From NCBI GenBank assembly GCA_032718475.1, contig JAUCBJ010009124.1:1-64000 (forward strand): a stretch of DNA of 64,000 bases. Reading direction: 5' to 3'. Of the stretch, positions 1 through 12,443 are shown piece after piece (the first letter of the stretch is position 1; each line of letters starts with the position of its first letter). The notes under the pieces are model-generated. The model saw only the letters and a list, made by a program, of their open reading frames with translations, ran no database searches and was not told where the DNA came from. The stretch is from Nemertoderma westbladi. Lineage: Eukaryota > Animalia > Xenacoelomorpha. The position numbers were made by a program, and so were the translations under genes.

Positions 1-49
1 GTACTGTAAAGTGTTACTTTTCTGATGAGCGTACTGTAAAGTGTTACTT
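1..49. repeat. End of a ~30-bp tandem repeat at the window edge
   Basis: gtactgtaaagtgttactt occurs at 1 and again at 31; probably the tail of an intronic array continuing upstream. Confidence 0.5.
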
Positions 50-104
50 CACATACAAGTATGTAACTATTATAGTTATTAATTCATTGGATCGTGTTAC
101 TTAG

Positions 105-512
105 GTAACGAAGTCGGTGTACGTGATCTCTCAGTTCTCGGAACCGTTCCGTGTGGTCCCGTCTGACCCTCTCGCCGACACCAACCAGGTCGCCGCCACA
201 GACGCTCCCGACTCCAACCAACCCCATCTCTTCTGGATCGCCGGGGTAGCAGCCGGTGTCGTCTTCGTTATCGTCGCCGTCCTCGTTGTTATCTTCTGCT
301 TCCGTAAGCGCTCGCTACCCACCATGCCGGACCACAAGGCCTACACGCCGTTACCGCTGCAGCAGCACTCCAACGACCCGGTGGAACTACGGAGGATCAA
401 CTACCAGACGGCCGCTATGCTCGCCAACCCGCCGGTTTCCCTCCTCGAGTTCGGTAGCCATGTAAACCGATTGAAACACAACGAAAACGCAAAGTTTTCT
501 CAGGAATACGAG
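105..512 (+). CDS. Lar: LAR-family receptor PTP exon: juxtamembrane, TM helix and start of D1 wedge
   Basis: ttag|GTAACG...TACGAG|gtgag. Encodes the hydrophobic segment LFWIAGVAAGVVFVIVAVLVVIFCF, then DPVELRRINYQT and AKFSQEYE, both characteristic of LAR/PTPRD. Confidence 0.9.
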
Positions 513-1135
513 GTGAGGATTTCGGTTTTTAATATCTATAACAATATATGTTGATTCTCTTTATATCAACCGACCATAAACCGGATGTGTTAGTTGTATA
601 AAACCATTAATTTACCAGTTCGGAGGAGGAATTTATTCGCTATTATATTTAATACACCGTCGCTCCCCCCACCAAAAATGTATTTTTCTTTGTATTTAAT
701 ATGTTTAACCGAGTAACCGCGTATATTTGGTTTAATGTCGGAGGTTATGTATCACTTTATCTTTAGGGTGACAACTTTATACTTACGGTCAGACAGTAAA
801 TACCTTTAATCGTCTGATGTAGGTAGCTTACTCCCCGATGCAGTGCACTTAATATCATCAAGCAACCTGTTTAACCTTAGTAGTTCCCTTTTCTGCTATT
901 CTACCCTCCGAGCAGTTTCATTCTCTCAGTAAACTAAATCACAATCTCAGTGACTAATACAGTGGCCTTTATACGGTATTGGGACTACTGGATCGAGATG
1001 GGACACTAAGTTGGCTGCTGAATCCATGTGGCTATGTGGGGTGTCATTCTGATAATATCTTTAGCAAATATTTCCCTTGGTTAAATTGGAAATACAATAA
1101 ATAAATGAATTTTTATAAATTTCTATAATTTACAG

Positions 1136-1262
1136 TCGATTGACCCCGGCCAACAGTTTACTTGGGAACACAGCAACAAAGAAATAAACCGAGCGAGGAA
1201 TCGTTACGGCAATGTTATAGCATACGATCATTCCCGAGTCGTTCTACATGATAACGAAACAG
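1136..1262 (+). CDS. Lar: LAR-family PTP exon (D1)
   Basis: tacag|TCGATT...ACAG|gtggg; [14 protein letters not shown]...[14 protein letters not shown]. Confidence 0.93.
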
Positions 1263-1494
1263 GTGGGTTATAACCAAAACACTAAACTACTAGTAGCGTA
1301 AGTCCTATAAGTATATTTTAAAATTATTTTAAAGATTATTTTAAAGACAGTTATAGAGAAATTGTGAAATAAAACTGGTTGTAGAATTCGAGATAATTTA
1401 GAGAAACTCTGTTTACATCGTAACTTTTCTGTATGAAAAGTCCTGTCGTTGCCGTTCTTTGACTGGGACCGTATAACGATGAGTTTCTTCCCAG

Positions 1495-1658
1495 GAGATT
1501 ACATCAACGCGAATTATTTGGACGGCTATAAGAAACCCAACGCTTATATCGCAACCCAAGGTCCGTTGCCTGAGACATTCGGAGACTTCTGGGCGATGGT
1601 TTGGGAGCAGAAATCTCGAGTTATTGTAATGATGACTCGATTGGAGGAGAGGGGACGG
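1495..1658 (+). CDS. Lar: LAR-family PTP exon (D1)
   Basis: ccag|GAGAT...CGG|gttag; [11 protein letters not shown]...YIATQGP...FWAMVWEQ. Confidence 0.93.
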
Positions 1659-1991
1659 GTTAGTCGTTTATTTATCTTCTTTGATAAAGTTTAAAATAAA
1701 GTAGCTCTTAAACTCTGTAGTTCTGAGCGAAGTTCTTTAACAATATACTTTGCAGTAATAATTTATTCCGCTCTTCTGATATTAGAATATTTTATGTGAA
1801 TGTAATTCAACGCCGCAATTTTCGACTTTTTGACATTTTAGATATTTTTTATATTTTATTATTTGACTATTTAGATTTTCTGTCTGTTGATTGTTTATAT
1901 AACAATAATATAGTGTTTGTGAACAAAATAAAATAATACCGGTACTTACTCATGCAATTAATCCTTAAATTTCTTATTTTTAATGTTTCAG

Positions 1992-2135
1992 GTGAAATGC
2001 GACCATTATTGGCCGATGCGATTGGGTACCTGCCAAGTCTATGGCGGAGTTTCTGTAACCCTTATGGAAATTCTAGAATTATCGTCTTACACAATACGTG
2101 TATTATCTATTAGTAAGGACAATAGTAAGCGAGAG
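1992..2135 (+). CDS. Lar: LAR-family PTP exon (D1)
   Basis: ttcag|GTGAAATGC...GAG|gtgag; VKCDHYWP motif. Confidence 0.92.
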
Positions 2136-2300
2136 GTGAGCACACCTTCCCACCTAACTGAACTATAATTATAAATAGAATGATTTAAAGGTTACAAATC
2201 TCACAGTAACCTATAACTTTGAAACAATTAACTTGTTGAAGAGTTTTATTGTATTAATTACCCAAGACCATCTCAATAATAACCAACACCGTTTACATAG

Positions 2301-2431
2301 GTGAAACAGTTCCAGTTCACATCGTGGCCGGACCACGGGGTACCTGACTACCCGACCACAGTGTTGGCCTTCGCGAGACGCGTGCGGGGTTGTATACCGG
2401 TGGAAGATGGACCAATGGTAGTCCATTGTAG
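2301..2431 (+). CDS. Lar: LAR-family PTP exon (D1 WPD loop to VHC)
   Basis: atag|GTG...TGTAG|gttag; [13 protein letters not shown]...GPMVVHC(S). Confidence 0.93.
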
Positions 2432-2966
2432 GTTAGTGTTTATCTCGTTACCTAGCAACCTATTGTATACCGGTGGAAGATGGACCAATGGTAGTCCATT
2501 GTAGGTTAGTGTTTATCTCGTTACCTAGCAACCTATTGTATACCGGTGGAAGATGGACCAATGGTAGTCCATTGTAGGTTAGTGTTTATCTCGTTACCTA
2601 GCAACCTGTTGTATACCGGTGGAAGATGGACCAATGGTAGTCCATTGTAGGTTAGTGTTTATCTCGTTACCTAGCAAAGCAACCTATTGTATACCGGTGG
2701 AAGATGGACCAATGGTAGTCCATTGTAGGTTAGTGTTTATCTCGTTACCTAGCAACCTATTGTATACCGGTGGAAGATGGACCAATGGTAGTCCATTGTA
2801 GGTTAGTGTTTATCTCGTTACCTAGCAACCTATTGTATACCGGTGGAAGATGGACCAATGGTAGTCCATTGTAGGTTAGTGTTTATCTCGTTACCTAGCA
2901 ACCTATTGTATACCGGTGGAAGATGGACCAATGGTAGTCCATTGTAGGTTAGTGTTTATCTCGTTA
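2391..2966 (+). repeat. 73-bp minisatellite (~8 copies) made of the last 41 nt of the exon plus the splice donor
   Basis: Unit tgtataccggtggaagatggaccaatggtagtccattgtag|gttagtgtttatctcgttacctagcaacctat starts at 2391, 2464, 2537, 2610, 2688, 2761, 2834 and 2907. Confidence 0.95.
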
Positions 2967-3050
2967 GAAATTTTCTTAGTGGACTTTACTAATACGCCTT
3001 TTTATTTCATTAAATTTATGTAACTAAAGTTATACTTTATTTACTTTTAG

Positions 3051-3180
3051 CGCTGGCGTCGGCCGTACTGGTTGTTTTGTTGTCATCGACGCGATGTTGG
3101 AACGAATTAAACACGAGAAGACGGTCGACATTTACGGTCACGTGACCTGCCTTCGCGCGCGTAGGAACTACATGGTTCAG
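3051..3180 (+). CDS. Lar: LAR-family PTP exon (D1 P-loop)
   Basis: tttag|CGCTGGC...CAG|gttag. Completes [10 protein letters not shown] and ends at RNYMVQ. Confidence 0.93.
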
Positions 3181-3292
3181 GTTAGTTGGGTTCAAACAGC
3201 TGACAATCCCCGCCGACCAATAAAGCACCACAATAATCTCATTGACATTCTTGTTTATCATGTTAATTAATTTATTTGCACTGGTTGTACCC

Positions 3293-3503
3293 CCGATCCC
3301 CGCCTAGGGGCCAAGGCAGCCTTTAAAGGGACAACCAGGGCGCATCTCTGTCTTGCATCCTTAGCTAAATGAGTTCTGGAGTTTCTTATGGGGACTATAG
3401 TTCTAGGGGGGGGGGGGGGGGGGTGCTGGAAATAAGTCTTCAGACTTTGTGCGTAATCCGTGGCCTAACGGCTGAAGAAAACTTTACTTTATTTACTTTA
3501 CTT
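3293..3503 (+). mobile_element. Short 5'-truncated retroposon (SINE/LINE 3' end)
   Basis: Flanked by the direct repeat ttgtaccc (3285-3292 and 3504-3511); ends in an (ACTTT)n-like tail; internal poly-G run. Confidence 0.6.
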
Positions 3504-3768
3504 TTGTACCCATAAGCTGCACTAACCATTTACATCCAAAAGTGTTTTTTTGTGCACAAAATCTTTGCAGATTCTACCATAAGGGTCAATAAAGTAACGC
3601 TGTTTACGTTTACGGTTTTTTGCTTTAAAAATTTGTGAAAATTTCGAAAAATTCAAAATATTATTGTTACAAACCCGCTGATTGATATATTATATTGCCC
3701 CTCTTCGTATAAAAATACTACAGACTTTCGTGTTATACTTAATTCTGATTGGCTGATTTGTTCGGTAG

Positions 3769-4018
3769 ACCGAGGAGCAGTACGTGTTCATCCACGACGC
3801 GGTACTGGAGGCGGTTTACTGCGGCGTCACCGAAGTCCCAGCGCGGTCGCTCTACAACCATCTACAGCAGCTCAACATCGTCCCACCCGGGGATACAACC
3901 TCCCAACTCGAGTCAGAGTTTCGGAGACTCGCTAACTCGAAGGCTCTGCCCAGTCGGTTCGTGGGCGCTAATCTACCCGCAAACCGCTTCAAGAACAGAC
4001 TCGTTAATATTCTTCCAT
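3769..4018 (+). CDS. Lar: LAR-family PTP exon (D1 end, linker, D2 start)
   Basis: gtag|ACCGAG...CCAT|gtgag; [15 protein letters not shown]...TEVPAR...KNRLVNILP. Confidence 0.93.
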
Positions 4019-4396
4019 GTGAGTAACTCAGTTAGTAATAACGCACCTAAGGGAGGCTTTATCAGGGGGCCAACTTAAACATTCGACAGTTGCAGTAAAT
4101 TAATATGCAATGGGTTCTCTTTTCAGGTGAAGTTCTTTAGGGCTTTAGTTACTTTTCATCTTATTCACTAATATGTACAAATATTTTAAAAAAGATAATT
4201 TTGAAATTAATATCTTGGAATTTTTAAGGCAAATTTTGTTGAAAATTGTTGGAATTGTAATTAAGTTTCACTCCCGAGATTTTAAAACAAAATGTAAATT
4301 ATCTTTAGCAATAAAAAATTTTAGAATTTTATATAAAAAGTAAAACTTAAATTAAGTTTCGTAGTTAATTAACTCCAATTAATAATTGTTGTTTAG

Positions 4397-4608
4397 TTGA
4401 GTCGACTAGAGTTCTCCTCCAACCGATTCGGGGTTCCGATGGTTCGGATTACATCAACGCGAGTTACATCGACGGCTATCGACTCAAGAAGAACTTTATA
4501 GCGACGCAGGGGCCTCTAGCGGAGACTACTGACGATTACTGGAGGATGGTGTGGGAACACAACTCCAGTATCCTAGTGATGCTAACCAAACTGAGGGAGA
4601 TGGCTCGG
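4397..4608 (+). CDS. Lar: LAR-family PTP exon (D2)
   Basis: tttag|TTGAG...CGG|gtaag; ESTRV...[13 protein letters not shown]...IATQGP...WRMVWEHNS. Confidence 0.93.
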
Positions 4609-4735
4609 GTAAGTTCTACAGTTATTGGCGAAACAAGCTATTTTTGTGGCGGTGAACGTGAATTCCTTGTCTTAATGAGATTAAACGATTTTCTCATTCA
4701 TTATTACAGAATTTTAATGTTATTTTCTATTGTAG

Positions 4736-4861
4736 GAGAAATGTCACCAATATTGGCCAATGGAGAAAGCGACGCAGTGCCAATATATTGTGGTGGACCC
4801 GTTACATGAATACCAGATGCCGCAATACATAGTCAGGGAATTCAAGTTAACAGATACAAGA
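4736..4861 (+). CDS. Lar: LAR-family PTP exon (D2)
   Basis: gtag|GAGAAA...AGA|gtaag; EKCHQYWP...YIVVDP...[15 protein letters not shown]. Confidence 0.92.
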
Positions 4862-4943
4862 GTAAGTTAAAGTAAAGTTCACATACTGGCAAGAGTTGGC
4901 TGGTAGATTCTTTCATGTATTCTATTTGGTAAATTATAACCAA

Positions 4944-6543
4944 CGCAGTAACAATGAGTGACAACGTCGCAGTGACAATGAGTGACAACGTCGCAGTGAT
5001 AATGAGTGACAACGTCGCAGTGATAATGAGTGACAACGTCGCAGTGACAATGAGTGACAAAGTCGCAGTGACAATGAGTGACAACGTCGCAGTGATAATG
5101 AGTGACAACGTCGCAGTGACAATGAGTGATAACGTCGCAGTGACAATGAGTGACAACGTCGCAGTGACAATGAGTGACAACGTCGCAGTGATAATGAGTG
5201 ACAACGTCGCAGTGGTAATGAGTGACAACGTCGCAGTGGTAATGAGTGACAACTTCGCAGTGACAATGAGTGATAACGTCGCAGTGACAATGAGTGACAA
5301 CGTCGCAGTGACAATGAGTGACAACGTCGCAGTGATAATGAGTGATAACGTCGTAGTGACAATGAGTGACAACGTCGCAGTGACAATGAGTGATAACGTC
5401 GCAGTGACAATGAGTGACAACGTCGCAGTGACAATGAGTGACAACGTCGCAGTGATAATGAGTGATAACGTCGTAGTGACAATGAGTGACAACGTCGCAG
5501 TTACAATGAGTGACAACGTCGTAGTGACAATGAGTGATAACGTCGCAGTGACAATGAGTGATAACGTCGCAGTGACAATGAGTGACAACGTCGCAGTGAC
5601 AATGAGTGACAACGTCGCAGTGATAATGAGTGACAACGTCGCAGTGGTAATGAGTGACAACGTCGCAGTGGTAATGAGTGACAACTTCGCAGTGACAATG
5701 AGTGATAACGTCGCAGTGACAATGAGTGACAACGTCGCAGTGACAATGAGTGACAACGTCGCAGTGATAATGAGTGATAACGTCGTAGTGACAATGAGTG
5801 ACAACGTCGCAGTGACAATGAGTGATAACGTCGCAGTGACAATGAGTGACAACGTCGCAGTGACAATGAGTGACAACGTCGCAGTGATAATGAGTGATAA
5901 CGTCGTAGTGACAATGAGTGACAACGTCGCAGTGACAATGAGTGACAACGTCGTAGTGACAATGAGTGATAACGTCGCAGTGACAATGAGTGATAACGTC
6001 GCAGTGACAATGAGTGACAACGTCGCAGTGACAATGAGTGACAACGTCGCAGTGATAATGAGTGACAACGTCGCAGTGGTAATGAGTGACAACGTCGCAG
6101 TGGTAATGAGTGACAACTTCGCAGTGACAATGAGTGATAACGTCGCAGTGACAATGAGTGACAACGTCGCAGTGACAATGAGTGACAACGTCGCAGTGAT
6201 AATGAGTGATAACGTCGTAGTGACAATGAGTGACAACGTCGCAGTGACAATGAGTGACAACGTCGTAGTGACAATGAGTGACAACTTCGCAGTGACAATG
6301 AGTGATAACGTCGCAGTGACAATGAGTGACAACGTCGCAGTGACAATGAGTGACAACGTCGCAGTGACAATGAGTGACAACGTCGTAGTGACAATGAGTG
6401 ACAACTTCGCAGTGACAATGAGTGATAACGTCGCAGTGACAATGAGTGACAACGTCGCAGTGACAATGAGTGACAACGTCGCAGTGATAATGAGTGACAA
6501 CGTCGCAGTGGTAATGAGTGACAACGTCGCAGTGGTAATGAGT
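4944..6543. repeat. Intronic 24-bp minisatellite with a 432-bp higher-order repeat
   Basis: Unit gtgacaatgagtgacaacgtcgca, ~66 copies; the variant agtggt recurs at 5211, 5643, 6075 and 6507. Confidence 0.95.
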
Positions 6544-6765
6544 TCCGAAAAGCTAGAAGGACAATAGACCTCATTCTGACAGGATAATTGATAAGTTATT
6601 TACAAGGGAATAGAGTCGCTTGGCTCATCTTCTTTGTATTGTAGACTACTCCGAGCGCGTGTGTTAGAGGTGGTTGAGGTGCCCAACTCACTGCCTATTA
6701 CGTCACACATTATGTCTACATTTAACCACACAAACAGATTGGAGGAGATTGACATTAGTGCCAAT

Positions 6766-8285
6766 GAGACGTTAGTGCCGGCGAGACGTTGGTGCCCGCG
6801 AGACGTTAGTGTCCTCGAGACGTTAGTGCCCGCGAGACTTTAGTGCCCGCGAGACGTTTGTGGCCGCGAGACGTTTTGCCCGCGAGACGTTAGTGCCCGC
6901 GAGACGTTAGTGTCCGCGAGAAGTTAGTGCCCGCGAGACTTTAGTGCCCGCGAGACGTTAGTGCCCGCGAGACGTTTTGCCCGCGAGACGTTAGTGCCCG
7001 CGAGACGTTAGTGCCAGCGAGACGTTAGTGTCCGCGAGACGTTAGTGCCCGCGAGACGTAGTGCCCGCGAGACGTTAGTGTCCTCGAGACGTAGTGCCCG
7101 CGAGACGTTAGTGCCCGCGAGACGTTAGTGCCCGCGAGATGTTAGTGCCAGCGAGACGTTAGTGCCCGCGAGACGTTAGTGTCCTCGAGACGTAGTGCCC
7201 GCGAGACGTTAGTGCCAGCGAGACGTTAGTGTCCTCGAGACGTAGTGCCCGCGAGACGTTAGTGCCAGCGAGACGTTAGTGCCCGCGAGACGTTAGTGTC
7301 CTCGAGACGTAGTGCCCGCGAGACGTTAGTGTCCTCGAGACGTTAGTGCCCGCGAGACGTTAGTGCCCGCGAGACGTTAGTGTCCGCGAGACGTTAGTGT
7401 CCTCAAGACGTAGTGCCCGCGAGACGTTAGTGCCAGCGAGACGTTAGTGCCCGCGAGACGTTAGTGTCCTCGAGACGTAGTGCCCGCGAGACGTTAGTGT
7501 CCTCGAGACGTTAGTGCCTGCGAGACGTTAGTGCCCGCGAGACGTTAGTATCCTCGAGACGTAGTGCCAGCGAGACGTTAGTGCCAGCGAGACGTTAGTG
7601 TCCTCGAGACGTAGTGCCCGCGAGACGTTAGTGCCAGCGAGACGTTAGTGCCCGCGAGACGTTAGTGTCCTCGAGACGTAGTGCCCGCGAGACGTTAGTG
7701 TCCTCGAGACGTTAGTGCCCGCGAGACGTTAGTGCCCGCGAGACGTTAGTGTCCGCGAGACGTTAGTGTCCTCAAGACGTAGTGCCCGCGAGACGTTAGT
7801 GCCAGCGAGACGTTAGTGCCCGCGAGACGTTAGTGTCCTCGAGACGTTAGTGCCCGCGAGACGTTAGTGCCCGCGAGACGTTAGTATCCTCGAGACGTAG
7901 TGCCAGCGAGACGTTAGTGCCCGCGAGACGTTAGTGTCCTCGAGACGTAGTGCCCGCGAGACGTTAGTGTCCTCGAGACGTAGTGACCGCGAGACGTTAG
8001 TGTCCTCGAGACGTAGTGCCCGCGAGACGTTAGTGTCTTCGAGACGTTAGTGCCCGCGAGACGTTAGTGCCCGCGAGACGTTAGTGCCCGCGAGACGTTA
8101 GTGCCCGCGAGACGTTAGTGTCCTCGAGACGTAGTGCCAGCGAGACGTTAGTGCCCGCGAGACGTTAGTGTCCTCGAGACGTAGTGACCGCGAGACGTTA
8201 GTGTCCTCGAGACGTAGTACCCGCGAGACGTTAGTGCCCGCGAGACGTTAGTGCCCGCGAGACTTTAGTGCCCGCGAGACGTTAT
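6766..8285. repeat. Intronic 16-17-bp minisatellite
   Basis: Unit gttagtgcccgcgagac with gtcctcgagac and gccagcgagac variants; ends ~50 bp before the next acceptor. Confidence 0.95.
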
Positions 8286-8336
8286 GCCCCCCTCCCAAGA
8301 CCCACAAACACACGTTATTGTTTTTACGTGTTTCAG

Positions 8337-8491
8337 GATGGCCAAACTCGCACGGTTAGACAGTTCCATTATATCGACTGGCCGGAACAAGGGGTTCCGA
8401 AAGTGGTCGATCAGTTTCTAGATTTTATTAACCAAGTTCATAAAACCAAAGAACAGTTCGGTTGTGACGGTCCCATTACAGTTCATTGCAG
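8337..8491 (+). CDS. Lar: LAR-family PTP exon (D2 WPE loop to VHC)
   Basis: ttcag|GATGGC...GCAG|gttag; DWPEQGVP...[18 protein letters not shown](S), the LAR D2 signature. Confidence 0.94.
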
Positions 8492-8847
8492 GTTAGTGAA
8501 GGTTAAAAGTATAGAAATATTTCAATATTTTATTAAGTAATGTGTGTAAGTAAATGAGGAGGAATGATTGTTTGTAATTTCATGTTTTGAAGCATTTTAG
8601 AACCATAAAAATAGTTATTTTCAGAAGAATATATTTTAATAATAACAATATAATAAAACACAATACATTTCAATAATTATACATTTATTTTGGGAACTGA
8701 TATATAAAAATTACGCGATTCCTAAATTTATACACTAGTCGGTTAAAAAGTACGCATGTGATGGGATTAGTCCTACAATTGCGCCAATAAAAGATAAGTT
8801 ATTTTCGGTAAAATAAATTTATCATTCGAGGTAAAGTAATGAATGAA

Positions 8848-11489
8848 TGAATGAGGTTGGATGTCGGGTGGGGAGGTCTCGGAGACCAGCATCTAGAGAA
8901 TGAGGTTGGGTATCGGGTGGGGAGGTCTCGGAGACCAGCATCTAGAGAATGAGGTTGGATGTCGGGTGGGGAGGTCTCGGAGACCAGCATCTAGAGAATG
9001 AGGTTGGGTATCGGGTGGGGAGGTATCGGAGACCGGCATTTAGAGAATGAGGTTGGGTATCGGGTGGGGAGGTCTCGGAGACCAGCATCTAGAGAATGAG
9101 GTTGGGTATCGGGTGGGGAGGTCTCGGAGACCAGCATCTAGAGAATGAGGTTGGGTATCGGGTGGGGAGGTCTCGGAGACCAGCATCTAGAGAATGAGGT
9201 TGGGTGTCGGGTGGGGAGGTCTCGGAGACCAGCATCTAGAGAATGAGGTTGGGTATCGGGTGGGGAGGTCTCGGAGACCATCATCTAGAGAATGAGGTTG
9301 GGTATCGGGTGGGGAGGTCTCGGAGACCAGCATCTAGAGAATGAGGTTGGATGTCGGGTGGGGAGGTCTCGGAGACCAGCATCTAGAGAATGAGGTTGGG
9401 TATCGGGTGGGGAGGTCTCGGAGACCAGCATCTAGAGAATGAGGTTGGATGTCGGGTGGGGAGGTCTCGGAGACCAGCATCTAGAGAATGAGGTTGGGTA
9501 TCGGGTGGGGAGGTCTCGGAGACCAGCATCTGGAGAATGAGGTTGGATGTCGGGTGGGGAGGTCTCGGAGACCAGCATCTAGAGAATGAGGTTGGGTATC
9601 GGGTGGGGAGGTCTCGGAGACCAGCATCTAGAGAATGAGGTTGGATGTCGGGTGGGGAGGTCTCGGAGACCAGCATCTAGAGAATGAGGTTGGGTATCGG
9701 GTGGGGAGGTCTCGGAGACCAGCATCTAGAGAATGAGGTTGGATGTCGGGTGGGGAGGTCTCGGAGACCAGCATCTAGAGAATGAGGTTGGGTATCGGGT
9801 GGGGAGGTCTCGGAGACCAGCATCTAGAGAATGAGGTTGGGTGTCGGGTGGGGAGGTCTCGGAGAGCAGCATCTAGAGAATGAGGTTGGGTATCGGGTGG
9901 GGAGGTCTCGGAGACCAGCATCTAGAGAATGAGGTTGGGTATCGGGTGGGGAGGTCTCGGAGACCAGCATCTAGAGAATGAGGTTGGGTGTCGGGTGGGG
10001 AGGTCTCGGAGACCAGCATCTAGAGAATGAGGTTGGGTATCGGGTGGGGAGGTCTCGGAGACCAGCATCTAGAGAATGAGGTTGGGTATCGGGTGGGGAG
10101 GTCTCGGAGACCAGCATCTAGAGAATGAGGTTGGGTATCGGGTGGGGAGGTCTCGGAGACCAGCATCTAGAGAATGAGGTTGGGTGTCGGGTGGGGAGGT
10201 CTCGGAGACCAGCATCTAGAGAATGAGGTTGGATGTCGGGTGGGGAGGTCTCGGAGACCAGCATCTAGAGAATGAGGTTGGATGTCGGGTGGGGAGGTCT
10301 CGGAGACCAGCATCTAGAGAATGAGGTTGGGTATCGGGTGGGGAGGTCTCGGAGACCAGCATCTAGAGAATGAGGTTGGATGTCGGGTGGGGAGGTCTCG
10401 GAGACCAGCATCTAGAGAATGAGGTTGGGTATCGGGTGGGGAGGTCTCGGAGACCAGCATCTAGAGAATGAGGTTGGGTATCGGGTGGGGAGGTCTCGGA
10501 GACCAGCATCTAGAGAATGTGGTTGGGTATCGGGTGGGGAGGTCTCGGAGACCAGCATAGAGAGAATGAGGTTGGGCATCGGGTGGGGAGGTCTCGGAGA
10601 CCAGCATCTAGAGAATGAGGTTGGATGTCGGGTGGGGAGGTCTCGGAGACCAGCATCTAGAGAATGAGGTTGGGTATCGGGTGGGGAGGTCTCGGAGACC
10701 AGCATCTAGAGAATGAGGTTGGATGTCGGGTGGGGAGGTCTCGGAGACCAGCATCTAGAGAATGAGGTTGGGTATCGGGTGGGGAGGTCTCGGAGACCAG
10801 CATCTAGAGAATGAGGTTGGGTATCGGGTGGGGAGGTCTCGGAGACCAGCATCTAGAGAATGTGGTTGGGTATCGGGTGGGGAGGTCTCGGAGACCAGCA
10901 TCTAGAGAATGAGGTTGGATGTCGGGTGGGGAGGTCTCGGAGACCAGCATCTAGAGAATGAGGTTGGATATCGGGTGGGGAGGTCTCGGAGACCAGCATC
11001 TAGAGAATGAGGTTGGATATCGGGTGGGGAGGTCTCGGAGACCAGCATCTAGAGAATGAGGTTGGGTATCGGGTGGGGAGGTCTCGGAGACCAGCATCTA
11101 GAGAATGAGGTTGGATATCGGGTGGGGAGGTATCGGAGACCAGCATCTAGAGAATGAGGTTGGATATCGGGCGGGGAGGTCTCGGAGACCAGCATCTAGA
11201 GAATGAGGTTGGGTATCGGGTGGGGAGGTCTCGGAGACCAGCATCTAGAGAATGAGGTTGGATATCGGGTGGGGAGGTATCGGAGACCAGCATCTAGAGA
11301 ATGAGGTTGGATATCGGGCGGGGAGGTCTCGGAGACCAGCATCTAGAGAATGAGGTTGGGTATCGGGTGGGGAGGTCTCGGAGACCAGCATCTAGAGAAT
11401 GAGGTTGGGTATCGGGTGTGGAGGTCTCGGAGACCAGCATCTAGAGAATGAGGTTGGATATCGGGTGGGGAGGTATCGGAGACCAGCAT
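8848..11489. repeat. Intronic G-rich 49-bp minisatellite
   Basis: Unit gaatgaggttgggtatcgggtggggaggtctcggagaccagcatctaga, ~54 copies. Confidence 0.95.
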
Positions 11490-11987
11490 ACTGTTAAATT
11501 ATTAATTGGTTAAGGAGCAGGTAACATTTATTCTAACCAAAACAATAAACGAAAGTCAATAGTACAGGTTTTTTTGGGAGTAATCAGACTTGTGCCGTAC
11601 TGCCGCATAATTCAGAAAGTATGACATCCAGAAACTGAAACAATTTGTCATGTATACCGCACAACTGCAGCTGGGGAATTGAACTGATTGAAATATTACA
11701 CACAAGTAATATGTCACTTTCGTTTAAAAATAATAAATGCGTCATTATAAAAATAACATGTACTCCGGCAGGTATTGCATTATACCACGCATGGAAGTAT
11801 ATTATAGTAAATATATTCACTGAATTGAGTAGGTAATATTGTTGTCATGATTTTCCTAAAAGTGGCCAAATTCTACCGGTTCATATGCAAAATCGATACG
11901 ATTTTTTAACTTTTCCCTCACTATTATTCTAATGGGAACAGCCCCGGTTTCAAGTCGAAAAATAAAAATAAAACGACATATCATTCT

Positions 11988-12111
11988 ATTTAAATAAAGA
12001 TCCTGTGTTTCACTTTCAGGCTCTAGTTTCTTATTTTCCCTTCGCTACACTCGTTCATGGAAATATTCCCACTCGAGCCGGCGTGAAATACAGTGTTTCT
12101 TTATTTAAATC
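11988..12111. mobile_element. Small MITE-like element, copy 1
   Basis: Terminal inverted repeats atttaaataaaga...tctttatttaaat; its reverse complement aligns to 36844-36971. Confidence 0.55.
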
Positions 12112-12307
12112 TAATATAGTTAATATATATTCCACACAATTTGTGTGTTTTGATTTAATTTAACTGGTTTTATTGGCACTACTGTTAGAGAAAGAGGAAC
12201 TTTCTTCAGGATAAAGATTTGGAACTAATTTCTTTAATATAATTCATAACATCGTGGTAGGCCGTATCGAACGACTCACCAATATTTACTTTCATTTTAT
12301 ATTGCAG

Positions 12308-12443
12308 CGCCGGGGTTGGTCGAACTGGAGTTTTTATTGCATTGAGTATAATTATAGAGCGAATACAATTAGAAGGTCTAGTTGATATCTTCCAAGTTGT
12401 AAAACTTCTGAGAACACAGCGGCCAGCTATGGTACAAACCGAG
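12308..12443 (+). CDS. Lar: LAR-family PTP exon (D2 P-loop to MVQTE)
   Basis: tgcag|CGCCGGG...ACCGAG|gtagg; [46 protein letters not shown]. Confidence 0.94.

Noticed and set aside
4842-6574. Repetitive ORFs of 182-560 aa (MSDNVAVT / SLIVTATL)
   Set aside because: Translations of an intronic 24-bp array, open in several frames on both strands, with no unique flanking protein sequence.
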